Made by a program: the position numbers and the translations under genes. The notes beneath the pieces were generated by a model. The model was not told the DNA's origin. It made no database searches and saw only the letters and a program-made list of their open reading frames with translations. This document shows positions 16,223-25,184 of a stretch of 53,048 nucleotides of DNA, in pieces (position 1 is the first letter of the stretch; every line of letters begins with the position of its first letter). The stretch comes from Gemmatimonadales bacterium (GTDB taxonomy: Bacteria; Gemmatimonadota; Gemmatimonadetes; Gemmatimonadales; GWC2-71-9). The DNA lies in NCBI GenBank assembly GCA_035759585.1, contig DASTUP010000249.1, positions 1 through 53,048 on the forward strand, in the 5' to 3' direction.

Positions 16223-16680
16223 TCGAAGTCCTCTCGGCTGAGTGAATCGGAGAGCGCCACGCTGAGCGGCGCATCGCTGTCGCAGACGAACCAGGCCAGA
16301 AAGCGCGCCGGAAACTCCCAGCTCTCGTTGGCCGACACCAGGTGCACGCCGCCCGGCGGCTCGTAGAAGGTCTCGCCCTTGCGATAGACGGCCGGCCGCT
16401 CCCCCTCCACCTGCATGCGGACCGCGCCATCGAGCACGTAGCCGACCACGGGACAGCCGTGCCCGTGCGGCGCGGACGACTCGCCGGGCCGGTAGGTGAC
16501 CTCGACCATCGAGACCCTGAGCGCGCGCCCGTCGAGCTCGGGGAGCGCCTGCGTTCGCGCGGCGCGAACGGGGCTCGACTCCGCTCTCCCGCATGCACTC
16601 GCGACCACGACTGCGGCTATCAGTGCGAACCGCTGGATTCCTGATGCCTGGACCATTGGTGCCCTCCTGGGTGGCACCAT
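16219..16680 (-). CDS. Secreted cupin-domain protein
   Basis: Signal and lipobox-like FALIAAVVVASAC with cupin motifs (GESSAPHGHGCPVVGYVLDGAV...GGVHLVSN). First gene of a three-gene overlapping operon. The start could instead be the internal ATG 16656. Confidence 0.75.
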   Translation of the reverse strand: MVPPRRAPMVQASGIQRFALIAAVVVASACGRAESSPVRAARTQALPELDGRALRVSMVEVTYRPGESSAPHGHGCPVVGYVLDGAVRMQVEGERPAVYRKGETFYEPPGGVHLVSANESWEFPARFLAWFVCDSDAPLSVALSDSLSREDFE

Positions 16681-16740
16681 GTTAGGATCAAAGCGGACTG
16701 GCGAGAAGGTCCATTATCTACTATTTCATTGGACCACTTC

Positions 16741-18222
16741 ATGTCGAAACGATCTGCCGCCCTCCCGATCGCGCTCCCACCTCGCGAGCCTGGCGCCACT
16801 GCCTCCGAGTGGCTCTGCGCCGCGCTCCGCTCGGCTATTCTCGAGGGCCGGCTTCCCCCCGATGCGAGGCTTCCGGCCACGCGCGAGCTCGCACGCCAGT
16901 ACGGACTCGCGCGGGGAACGGTGGTCAACGCCTTCGATCAGCTCTGTCTCGAGGGATACCTGCGGGGGCGGGTGGGTTCGGGGACCTACGTCAACGCGGT
17001 GCTTCCCGATGAGCTGCTCCACGCGCCGCGCCGGAGTACCGCGCGGCCGGAACGGCGAAGCCAGCCGCCGCCCCGCCGCCTTTCCGCGCTCGGCCGCCGG
17101 GTCAGGTTCCTTCCCGGGTTGGAGAACCGGCCGCTTCGCGCGTTCCGCGCCAACCGGCCCGCGCTCGATCTCTTTCCGACGACACTCTGGGCCAAGCTCG
17201 CCGCCCGCCGGATTCGCCGCGCAACCACGGCACATCTCCTCGACTCGGGCCCCCTCGGCCTCCCCGCACTGCAGCAGGCGATAGCCGAGTACCTGACTAC
17301 GGCGCGCGGCGTCAACTGCGGGCCCGGCCAGGTCGTGATCGTCTCCGGCGTGCAGGAAGCGATCGATCTCGCGGCGAGGGTGCTGGTGGATCCGGGCGAT
17401 CGAGTCTGTATCGAGGATCCGGGCTACATCGGCGCCGCGCGGATCTTCGAGGCGCACGGTGCCGGCATCTGCCCGGTGAGCGTCGATCACGAGGGAATGC
17501 TCGTTCCGGATGCACGGCACCACGAGGTCCGACTCGCGTACGTCACGCCCGCGCATCAGTTTCCGCTCGGCGTGAGCATGAGCCTTTCCCGCCGCCTCGC
17601 CCTTCTCGAATGGGCCCGCGGCAACGGGACACTCATCTTCGAGGACGACTACGACAGCGAGTACCGCTTCGCCGGCAGGCCGCTGCCCGCGCTGCAGGGG
17701 CTCGACCGCCATGGCGTGGTCCTCTTTGCGGGCAGCTTCAGCAAGGTGCTGTTCCCGTCACTCAGGATCGGCTACCTGGTCGTGCCGCCCGACCTGGTGG
17801 ACTGCATCGTTGCCGCCAAGTCGGTCGTCGGCCAGCACGCGCCGCTGCTCGACCAGGCGGTGCTCACGGACTTCATCACCGAAGGCCACTTCGGGCGCCA
17901 CGTTCGCCGCATGCGTGAGGTCTACGCGGAGCGTCTTGGCGTTCTGCAGGAGGAGTCGCGGATACGGCTTGCGGGCCTGATGGAAATCGGCGGCATCGAC
18001 GCGGGGCTGCAGACGACCGGATGGCTCGGCGAGCGATTCGCCGAGATGGAAGTCGTGCGTGCGGCGGCCCGGCGGGATGTGGAAGTGGTTCCCGTCGGCC
18101 GCTACGCGCGCCGGCCGATGCAGCGCCCGGTACTGCAACTGGGATTCGCGGCCGTCGATCCGCCCGAGATCCGGCGCGGCGTGCGTGACCTGGCGCGTGC
18201 GCTCGAGGAGCTCAGTCGCTGA
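16741..18222 (+). CDS. MocR/PdxR-type regulator (GntR wHTH fused to a PLP aminotransferase fold)
   Basis: The HTH LPATRELARQYGLARGTVVNAFDQL is followed by an aminotransferase class-I fold with FAGSFSKVLFPSLRIGYLV (PLP lysine). It is divergent from the cupin operon. A TTG at 16729 is an alternative start. Confidence 0.85.
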   Translation: MSKRSAALPIALPPREPGATASEWLCAALRSAILEGRLPPDARLPATRELARQYGLARGTVVNAFDQLCLEGYLRGRVGSGTYVNAVLPDELLHAPRRSTARPERRSQPPPRRLSALGRRVRFLPGLENRPLRAFRANRPALDLFPTTLWAKLAARRIRRATTAHLLDSGPLGLPALQQAIAEYLTTARGVNCGPGQVVIVSGVQEAIDLAARVLVDPGDRVCIEDPGYIGAARIFEAHGAGICPVSVDHEGMLVPDARHHEVRLAYVTPAHQFPLGVSMSLSRRLALLEWARGNGTLIFEDDYDSEYRFAGRPLPALQGLDRHGVVLFAGSFSKVLFPSLRIGYLVVPPDLVDCIVAAKSVVGQHAPLLDQAVLTDFITEGHFGRHVRRMREVYAERLGVLQEESRIRLAGLMEIGGIDAGLQTTGWLGERFAEMEVVRAAARRDVEVVPVGRYARRPMQRPVLQLGFAAVDPPEIRRGVRDLARALEELSR

Positions 18223-18262
18223 CCGGGCGCTCCTATCGAGGATCGCGCACTCGACACGCGGC

Positions 18263-18415
18263 CTACGCCGGTTCGGCCATCGACAACACCTGCTCGCGCG
18301 ACATCTCCATGTGGTGAACCTCTCGCGCATGCTTCTGCACGGAGGTGACGAGCGCTTCGTCGGTCGGCTCGCGAATCGTCTTGCCGCAATCGCATGCCAC
18401 CTGTTTTTCCGTCAT
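18263..18415 (-). CDS. Small DUF1059-like (predicted metal-binding) protein, 50 aa
   Basis: Not in the ORF track because it is under 60 aa. Hand translation gives MTEKQVACDCGKTIREPTDEALVTSVQKHAREVHHMEMSREQVLSMAEPA*. The K-V-x-C...C...H....H-M pattern and the size match DUF1059. Confidence 0.55.
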   Translation of the reverse strand: MTEKQVACDCGKTIREPTDEALVTSVQKHAREVHHMEMSREQVLSMAEPA

Positions 18416-18526
18416 GATCGACTCCCGGAAGAGGTATGTGCGGTATTGTCGCCGCCCTCATCAGACATTATAAGTCAGGGAGTTGGGACAACTTCGGAAT
18501 CAGCTTGGAGAAAGCCTGGAGTGCCG

Positions 18527-19288
18527 ATGCTGCGGATCTACCTCTCCGGTCACATGGCGATCGAGTCGGGCGGCACGCTCATTCGCGGAAGCGACTTTCC
18601 GGGCAAACAGGGGCGCGCCGCGTTCGCCTATCTCGTGCGAGCGCGCGTCGGGCCGGTCGCGCGGTCGGCGCTCACGGACGCGCTCTGGCCGGACGCGCCG
18701 CCGCCGTCGTGGAATGCGGCGCTGAGCTCGATCGTGAGCAAGCTGCGTTCGCTTCTGGCGCGCGCCGGGCTCGACGGCGCCGCCGTGCTTCGGACCGCCG
18801 ATGGCTGCCATGAGCTTCACCTGCCCCACGACAGCTGGATCGATCATGAAGTGGCTGCGGACAGCATCCACGAGGCCGAGGCGGCGCTCAAGGCTGGAGA
18901 TCCCGGGCGCGCCTACGGGCCATCCGCCGTCGCGCATCACATTGCCCGGCGTCCGTTCCTTCCGGGTGAGACCGGCCGCTGGTTCGAAGAGCGGCGCGAG
19001 AAGCTCGCAAGCCTCCTCGTCCGCGCGCTCGAATGCCGGGCCGAGGTCTATCTCTGGAACCGCGAGTTTCCGCTGGCCATCGAGGTTGCCAGAGAGGCGG
19101 TAGCCCTCCGGCCATTCCGGGAATCGGGTTACCGCCTCCTCATGCGCTCGCACGCGGCCGCGGGCAACGCCGGCGAGGCACTCTGGGTATACGAACAGTG
19201 CCGCGCCCTCATGTCCGAAGAGCTCGGCGTTACGCCGTCACGCGAGACACGGATGGTGCATTTCGAGGTGCTGCAATCCTCAGCGTGA
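18527..19288 (+). CDS. SARP/AfsR-DnrI-type transcriptional regulator (wHTH plus BTAD)
   Basis: MLRIYLSGHMAIE...ALTDALWPD (OmpR-type winged helix) followed by BTAD YRLLMRSHAAAGNAGEALWVYEQCRALMSEELGVTPSRET. The ORF portion upstream of ATG 18527 overlaps the MocR gene and is not protein-like. Confidence 0.8.
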   Translation: MLRIYLSGHMAIESGGTLIRGSDFPGKQGRAAFAYLVRARVGPVARSALTDALWPDAPPPSWNAALSSIVSKLRSLLARAGLDGAAVLRTADGCHELHLPHDSWIDHEVAADSIHEAEAALKAGDPGRAYGPSAVAHHIARRPFLPGETGRWFEERREKLASLLVRALECRAEVYLWNREFPLAIEVAREAVALRPFRESGYRLLMRSHAAAGNAGEALWVYEQCRALMSEELGVTPSRETRMVHFEVLQSSA

Positions 19289-20212
19289 CGAGCTCTGCGA
19301 GCTGAGCTCGACCTTGAACGGCCCCATGCCGTGCAGCTGGATCTCCGTAATGCCGGCCGCCCCACCGTAATGCGGCATCCTGCCCGGGATATAGAGGAAG
19401 TCTCCCGCCTTGTAGAACTTGAGCGGCTCGGCGCCTTCCCGGGCGCCCATTCCGAGCTTGAACGTTCCGCGAATGACGGTGAGGTGCTCGCCGTTCGGGT
19501 GCCAGTGCGACGGGAAGTTGTAGCCGTCGGGAAAGCGGAGGCGGAGCGTATAGTCCCCGCTACTCGACGGATCACCGTGGATCACGACCATCTGAATGCC
19601 GGGCTTGAAGCCGGGCATCTCGAAGGGGGCCCACTTGAGATCGGCGGACCCGACGATCTCCATTTCGGTCGGATCTCCTACGGTCGCGACGACCGGGGCC
19701 GCTGGTGCGGGCTCCGGCAGCGGGAGGTCGCTGTTCCACATGTCCGCCGCGATCTTCCATTCGCCGTTCACCTTCCGCCATACGACGACGTACTTCCCGG
19801 TATCGCTGACCGGCCCCGCGGGGCCATCGAGCGAGACCCGGTACGTGCCGATATCCGACGCCAGGTCTCCCGATGCGGCGACATCGATGCGGCGCGGCTC
19901 GAAGGTGAGGTCGATGTTCGGGAGGCTGAAATCTCCGGCCCACGCAGCGCGGATAGCCTGCGGCCCCATGGCGCTCCGGCGATTGGGTGGAAGCAGCTGC
20001 GCATCCGGCGCGTAGTACGCGGAGACCGCCGCGGCGTCGCGCGCCTGCATGGCCGCAACGATGCTGTCATCGAGCGCGCGGATCGCGGCTTCGTCGCCCG
20101 CTCTGGAGGTGGCAGGGGTGCCTGCAGTAGTGGTGGCGCTCGAACAGGCGATGGCGGAGGCCAGGGCGATGGGGCCGAGCGCGCGAGTGAAGGGTTGCAT
20201 GATCTCCTCCAC
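19280..20212 (-). CDS. Lipoprotein: NTF2-like (SnoaL/DUF4440) domain fused to a cupin domain
   Basis: Lipobox ALASAIAC. NTF2-like IRALDDSIVAAMQARDAAAVSAYYAPDA...KYVVVWRKVNGEWKIAADMWN. C-terminal cupin FPSHWHPNGEHLTVIRGTF...YIPGRMPHYG. Confidence 0.7.
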   Translation of the reverse strand: MEEIMQPFTRALGPIALASAIACSSATTTAGTPATSRAGDEAAIRALDDSIVAAMQARDAAAVSAYYAPDAQLLPPNRRSAMGPQAIRAAWAGDFSLPNIDLTFEPRRIDVAASGDLASDIGTYRVSLDGPAGPVSDTGKYVVVWRKVNGEWKIAADMWNSDLPLPEPAPAAPVVATVGDPTEMEIVGSADLKWAPFEMPGFKPGIQMVVIHGDPSSSGDYTLRLRFPDGYNFPSHWHPNGEHLTVIRGTFKLGMGAREGAEPLKFYKAGDFLYIPGRMPHYGGAAGITEIQLHGMGPFKVELSSQSSSR

Positions 20213-20317
20213 GTTGGCGGGAAAGACGGCAAGGGTGCCGTCGCCCTCATCGTGCGACCCGGTACTGCGGTTGTCAATTCCCAGGCGGAGCGGCGAGGGG
20301 GGGGCCGCGTCCGGCGC

Positions 20318-20614
20318 TCACCCTCCGGCGATGGCGCCGATCACCATCAACGGCTCCTTCCCCTCGGCGACTGCGGCGGGAAGCGGCGCATCCGCCGACT
20401 CGTGTGACAGGTCCTCGCCGCACGCGAAGAACCGTACGAATGCGCGCCGCCTCAGCGTCCCGTGATCGCGAATCGTTCCCCGCAGCATGGGGTATGCCGC
20501 CTCGAGCGCGTCGAGCACCGAGCGCTGCGTCACGGCTCCCGGAACCTCCACGCGCACGTCTCCATCGACACGAGCGAGGGTGCGGAGGTGCGCCGGGAGC
20601 GTGACCGTGATCAT
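20318..20614 (-). CDS. MoaD/ThiS-family ubiquitin-like beta-grasp protein ending in Gly-Gly
   Basis: 98 aa, [13 protein letters not shown]...[12 protein letters not shown]. The C-terminal GG and the size are typical of MoaD/ThiS. ATG 20614 overlaps the upstream stop (ATGA). Confidence 0.7.
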   Translation of the reverse strand: MITVTLPAHLRTLARVDGDVRVEVPGAVTQRSVLDALEAAYPMLRGTIRDHGTLRRRAFVRFFACGEDLSHESADAPLPAAVAEGKEPLMVIGAIAGG

Positions 20615-21726
20615 TGCAGCGTCTGCACCTCGACCGAGAGGACCGGCGGCAGGTCCCTGACGATCGCGTTCCATGAGTCGCCGGCGTCCGCCGATGCATA
20701 GACCTGGCCGCCCGTCGTGCCGAAGTACACACCGCACTTGTCGAGCGAGTCGACCGCCATCGCGTCACGCAGGATGTTCACGTAACAGTCCTGTTGCGGC
20801 AGGCCCTTCGTGAGCGCTTCCCACTCGTTACCTCCGCTGCGGCTCCGGTACACGCGCAGCTTTCCTTCCGGCGGGAAGTGCTCGGAGTCGCTCTTGATGG
20901 GCACGACATAGATCGTCTCCGGCTCGTGCGCGTGCACGTCGATCGGGAAGCCGAAGTCGGTGGGAAGGTTCCCGCTCACTTCGTGCCACGAGTCGCCGCC
21001 GTCGTCGCTGCGCATCACATCCCAGTGCTTCTGCATGAAGAGCGTGTTCGGCTTCGATGGGTGCAGCGCAATGCGGTGGACGCAATGGCCGACTTCCGCG
21101 GTCGGATCGGGCATGAATTCCGACCGGAGCCCACGATTGACGGGCTGCCACGTCTTTCCGCCGTCGTCGGTACGGAAGGTGCCGGCGGCGGAGATCGCGA
21201 TGTACATCCGCTCCGGATTCGTCGGATCCTGGATGATGGTGTGGAGGCACATGCCCCCGGCGCCCGGCTGCCAGTGCGGACCTGATCCGTGCTTTCTCAG
21301 TCCGGAAAGCTCCTGCCACGACTTGCCGCCGTCCCTCGACTTGAACAGCGCAGCGTCTTCGATCCCGGCAAAGACCGTGTCCGGCTCGGTGAGCGACGGT
21401 TCGACATGCCAGACGCGCTTGAATTCCCACGGATGCGGCGTGCCGTCGTACCACTGGTGCGTGCCGGGGACGCCGTCGTATGCAAACTCGTTGCCGACCG
21501 GCTCCCAGGACTTCCCGCCGTCGTCCGAGCGCTGCAGCAGCTGGCCGAACCAGCCGCTCGTCTGCGAGGCGTAGATCCGGTCGGGGTTCACCGGGGATCC
21601 CTTCACGTGATAGATCTCCCACCCCGCGAAGTGCGGGCCGCTCACCTCCCACTTCTTCCTCGCGCCGTCCGCGGTCAGCACGAACGCGCCCTTCCGCGTG
21701 CCGACGAGTACCCGTACACCGCTCAT
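20611..21726 (-). CDS. BNR/Asp-box repeat (sialidase-fold beta-propeller) protein
   Basis: Six SxDxGxxW-type Asp-boxes: [40 protein letters not shown] and SADAGDSW. No signal peptide. Confidence 0.8.
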   Translation of the reverse strand: MSGVRVLVGTRKGAFVLTADGARKKWEVSGPHFAGWEIYHVKGSPVNPDRIYASQTSGWFGQLLQRSDDGGKSWEPVGNEFAYDGVPGTHQWYDGTPHPWEFKRVWHVEPSLTEPDTVFAGIEDAALFKSRDGGKSWQELSGLRKHGSGPHWQPGAGGMCLHTIIQDPTNPERMYIAISAAGTFRTDDGGKTWQPVNRGLRSEFMPDPTAEVGHCVHRIALHPSKPNTLFMQKHWDVMRSDDGGDSWHEVSGNLPTDFGFPIDVHAHEPETIYVVPIKSDSEHFPPEGKLRVYRSRSGGNEWEALTKGLPQQDCYVNILRDAMAVDSLDKCGVYFGTTGGQVYASADAGDSWNAIVRDLPPVLSVEVQTLQ

Positions 21727-21765
21727 CCGCTGCTCCCTGTGTCGAGGTTCGTGGGAAGGGCAGCC

Positions 21766-23286
21766 CTACCGGGCGCCCGGGCCGATATCGACGGCGATGT
21801 TCCGCCATTGCCCCTGGTTGAAGCGCGTCACGCTCAGCATGCAGCGGGTCGCGTGGCCGGCGAGGATCGCGAGCCAGATGTGCAGCGGCTCGAGCGTTCC
21901 CGTCTGCTGGATCACGAAACAGATCCCGAGCGGGATCACGACCTGCGAGATGATGGAGATATAGAGCGGGCTGCGGGTGTCGCCGGTGCCTTGCAGCCCC
22001 CCGGTATAGGTCAGCGCCGTCGCGATGAAGAGGCCGGAGAGGCTGAGCACGCGCAGGAGCTGGGTTCCGATCCGCACCGCTGCCGGCTCGTTCATCCCGA
22101 ATACCGCGAGGAGCTGCTCCGGAAAGAAGAGGAAGAACGCACCGATGATCGCGGCGCCGCTCACGCCGATTCGCGCGGCGGCATGGACGGCCGCGTCGGC
22201 GCGGTCGGGGTTTCCGGCGCCGAGGTTCTGGCCTGCGACGGCCGCCGCCGCGCCCATGAGTCCGACGGACGTCCAGGTGATGAAGGAGAAGAGCTGCGAG
22301 TACGACACGGCGAACGCCGCCTGCGCCGCCGCGCTCTCCGCCAGCGAGCCGATGAAGGCCAGCATCAGCACGCCGCCGATGTTCATGGCGATGCCCTGGA
22401 TGCCGGTCGGCAGGCCGAACCGGAACAGGGCGCGGATCACGTCCCAGTCGGGGCGAAGGCTCATCCCCGGCGGAAACGAAACGACCCACCCGCCGTGCCA
22501 GAGTCGGTAGACGGCATAGATCCCGATGAGGCCTGCGGCAATGACGGTTCCCAGGGCGGCGCCTGCAGTGCCGAGTGCCGGGATCGGGCCGAGCCCGCGG
22601 ATCAGGATGACGTTCAGGATGATGTTGAGCACCGTCATGGTAATGCCGAGCACCATCGGGGTGCGCGCATCCCCCGCGGACCGGAGCGCGCCGCTCAGCA
22701 TGAAGAAGAGCAGCATGCCGCTGCTGAAGAGGAACATGATGCGGAGGTAGGGCAGGGCCTCGCGCTGCACCTCCGGCGCGGCGTTCACGAGATCGAGCAG
22801 CGAGGGCGCGAGGAAGTAGCCGAGCGGCGCCATGATCAGGAGCGAGATGGCCATCGCGGTGAGGAAGGCCTGGTAGACGGTGCGGTCCACCTTGGCCTCC
22901 TCGCCGGCGCCCGCGAACCGGGACACGAGCACGCTCATGCCGGTAAAGAGCGACGTGATGAACACGATGATCACGATCCAGATCTGCGTGGCGACGCCGA
23001 TCCCGGCGTTGGCCGCATACCCGACGAAGTGGCCGACCATCACATGGTCGACGATCCCCTGCAGGCCGCCGATGATGTTCGTGAGCATCGTGGGCCAGGC
23101 GAGCTTCCAGACCGCGGAGCGGAGTGGGCCTTCGATGATCGAGCGGTCGTACTTGCGGCCGGCGGCCTTCGGGACTGGCGCAGCGGCGGCGGCCGGCCCC
23201 GGGGTGGCGGGTGCCGAGATTTCGAGGGGGGCCGCGCCGTCGCTCACTCGCGGCTCAGCGGTCGACGATCGACTTGAAGCCGCCAT
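21766..23286 (-). CDS. MATE-family efflux transporter
   Basis: 12-TM protein with a MATE-type N-terminus (LRSAVWKLAWPTMLTNIIGGLQGIVDHVMVGH). ATG 23286 overlaps DUF1428 by 32 nt. An in-frame GTG at 23247 would remove the overlap. Confidence 0.85.
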   Translation of the reverse strand: MAASSRSSTAEPRVSDGAAPLEISAPATPGPAAAAAPVPKAAGRKYDRSIIEGPLRSAVWKLAWPTMLTNIIGGLQGIVDHVMVGHFVGYAANAGIGVATQIWIVIIVFITSLFTGMSVLVSRFAGAGEEAKVDRTVYQAFLTAMAISLLIMAPLGYFLAPSLLDLVNAAPEVQREALPYLRIMFLFSSGMLLFFMLSGALRSAGDARTPMVLGITMTVLNIILNVILIRGLGPIPALGTAGAALGTVIAAGLIGIYAVYRLWHGGWVVSFPPGMSLRPDWDVIRALFRFGLPTGIQGIAMNIGGVLMLAFIGSLAESAAAQAAFAVSYSQLFSFITWTSVGLMGAAAAVAGQNLGAGNPDRADAAVHAAARIGVSGAAIIGAFFLFFPEQLLAVFGMNEPAAVRIGTQLLRVLSLSGLFIATALTYTGGLQGTGDTRSPLYISIISQVVIPLGICFVIQQTGTLEPLHIWLAILAGHATRCMLSVTRFNQGQWRNIAVDIGPGAR

Positions 23287-23620
23287 ACGACATGCGCTTC
23301 ATCTCGAAGGGCATCTCCATGCCGCTCTTTGCCATCCTCAGCATGCGCGGATCCTTCAAGACCTTCGCGTTGACGCGGTCGCGATGGGCCCGCGACTTGT
23401 ACACGATGTACGAGAAGACCACCGTTTCACCCGGTTTGACTCGTGCGAGCTTCGGAAAGGTCGCCACCACCTGGTCCGGCTTGAGGTCATCCCCGACGGC
23501 CTCGACGTACGCGAGGGCGCCGTGGTCCATCCAGATCTTCCCCGCCTTCTGCGCAATGCGCCGGTAGGCGGCCAGCTTTCGCTTCGGGATGGGAATGACG
23601 AATCCGTCGATATAGCGCAT
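23255..23620 (-). CDS. DUF1428-family protein
   Basis: 121 aa. MRYIDGFVIPIPKRKLAAYRRIAQKAGKIWMDHGAL...MSYGGF, the characteristic DUF1428 (YbaA-like) sequence pattern. Confidence 0.75.
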   Translation of the reverse strand: MRYIDGFVIPIPKRKLAAYRRIAQKAGKIWMDHGALAYVEAVGDDLKPDQVVATFPKLARVKPGETVVFSYIVYKSRAHRDRVNAKVLKDPRMLRMAKSGMEMPFEMKRMSYGGFKSIVDR

Positions 23621-23804
23621 CGGGTCTCCTTCCGGTTCCGGAATCGATATCCAGACGTATGACCGGCGCCTGATGATTCGCCGGCAGCCTGGCGGGCCCG
23701 TTAACTTGGCCGGTCTACCGTCTATCGTCTACCCGCAAGTCCGGTTCAGACCACTGCTGCCGACTTCCGAGCGCCATCCAGCGCAGTTCATCCCCGCCCA
23801 CCGT

Positions 23805-24575
23805 TCACCGCCTGCCGCCTACGTCCTCCCCCTCATACCGATCATGGTGCTTCAACCATCCCATCCCCTTTCCCGCCACATCCGGCATCCCATCCCACCC
23901 TTCGCCCCGTCCGAACGGCGTCAGGTCGAGCCAGTTGTAGGTGTTGATGAGGAGATCCAGTCCTCGGCCATAGCTGGAATAGGTGTGCAGCACGCGCCCG
24001 CCGTCCCTCAGAAAGACGCTGATGCCGGGCTGCTCGCCCTGGATGTGATAGGTATGGCCGAGCGCCTCCAGCTCCGCCCTGGTGCGGTAATTGTACTCCA
24101 CGGGGCGCACGGCGTCGTCCGTGGTGACATGGAAGTCGTAGTTGAAGTCGCTACCGTACGAGGAGTGCCAGGGGATCGCCCAACCCATCCGCTGCCGGAA
24201 CGGCTCGATCTCCCCGAGCGGCGCTCGCGAGACGAGCGCGAAAGTGGTATCGCGCGCGTGGAAATGGACGAGATGCGGCATGTTGTCCGCCATGAACGAA
24301 CAGCCGGGGCATCCCTGATCCTCGTCCCGCAGGAACATGAAGTGATAGACGATGAGCTGGCTCCGGCCCTCGAAGAGGTCGGCGAGCGTCCTCGAGCCGC
24401 GCGTAGTTTCGAACTGGTACTGCCTGTCGAGCGCGACGGCCGGAAGCTCGCGCCGGCGGGCATTGAGCGCGTCACGGGCGTGGGTGAACGCCTTCTCTTC
24501 GGCGAGCAGCGCCTTGCGCGCGGCCAGCCACTCGTCGCGCGAGACCACGCGTGGTATCGGGATCGTGCTCGTCAT
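23805..24575 (-). CDS. DUF899 thioredoxin-like family protein
   Basis: VVSRDEWLAARKALLAEEKAFT...QGCPGCSFMADN...LDLTPFGR is the typical DUF899 layout. Start at ATG 24575. Confidence 0.8.
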   Translation of the reverse strand: MTSTIPIPRVVSRDEWLAARKALLAEEKAFTHARDALNARRRELPAVALDRQYQFETTRGSRTLADLFEGRSQLIVYHFMFLRDEDQGCPGCSFMADNMPHLVHFHARDTTFALVSRAPLGEIEPFRQRMGWAIPWHSSYGSDFNYDFHVTTDDAVRPVEYNYRTRAELEALGHTYHIQGEQPGISVFLRDGGRVLHTYSSYGRGLDLLINTYNWLDLTPFGRGEGWDGMPDVAGKGMGWLKHHDRYEGEDVGGRR

Positions 24576-25053
24576 GGGGCCGCTCCGGAGGCGGGAAGGA
24601 TGAGCCGGCCGTTGCCGCGGCGGCCGTGTCGAAAAGGTCGCGCAGGTCGGCCGCCGTCTCGCTGCCAAGGATGGAGACTACCCGCCGGTGGGCATCCGTC
24701 CAGAGGGGCAGCGCCTCCGCCACCATTCGCTCGCCCGCGGGAGTGAGCTGCGCGACCCGCATCCGGCGATCGTCCGGATGGCGGCCAAGCCGCACCAGCT
24801 TCATGGCGACGAGCGGACGGAGGTTTCGCGAGAGCGTCGTGGCGTCCATGGCGAGGATGTCCGCAAGGTGACCCATCGTCCCCGCCGGGCCGCACATGGC
24901 GATGGCACTGAGGAGCGTGAGCTGGGTGGCATGGATGCCGAGAGGACGGAGAACGTCGTCGTACAGCCGGGTAATTCCCCGGGAGGCGCGGCGGGCGCGG
25001 AAGCAGAGGCAATCGGCGGCCATGATCTGCGCCGCGCGGCGGTGGGGCTGCAT
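24472..25053 (-). CDS. MarR-family transcriptional regulator
   Basis: wHTH region THATQLTLLSAIAMCGPAGTMGHLADILAMDATTLSRNLRPLVAMKLVRLGRHPDDRRMRVAQLTPAG. The last 35 codons or so overlap the DUF899 start and look non-native. The start is uncertain (25053 or 25023). Confidence 0.75.
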   Translation of the reverse strand: MQPHRRAAQIMAADCLCFRARRASRGITRLYDDVLRPLGIHATQLTLLSAIAMCGPAGTMGHLADILAMDATTLSRNLRPLVAMKLVRLGRHPDDRRMRVAQLTPAGERMVAEALPLWTDAHRRVVSILGSETAADLRDLFDTAAAATAGSSFPPPERPHDEHDPDTTRGLARRVAGRAQGAARRREGVHPRP

Positions 25054-25184
25054 GATAGATGTATATGCAACGATCCGCGGCCCGGCAAGGTGCGCGATGC
25101 GAGCGGGATTCGCGCGGGCCTTTTCCCAATGCGAGTGACTCGCGTCACGCGGCCTCCGCTTCGCACGCGTCATCTTGGGGCGTC

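Noticed and set aside
18059-18526. N-terminal extension of the SARP ORF, and the minus ORF 17758-18330.
   Set aside because: Both overlap the MocR gene end and the DUF1059-like gene. The SARP wHTH begins at MLRIYLSG (ATG 18527).
20828-23277. 553-aa minus ORF (20828-22489) and 662-aa plus ORF (21289-23277).
   Set aside because: They overlap the BNR-repeat and MATE genes in other frames or on the other strand. They have no motifs and an extreme Arg/Asp/Gly composition.
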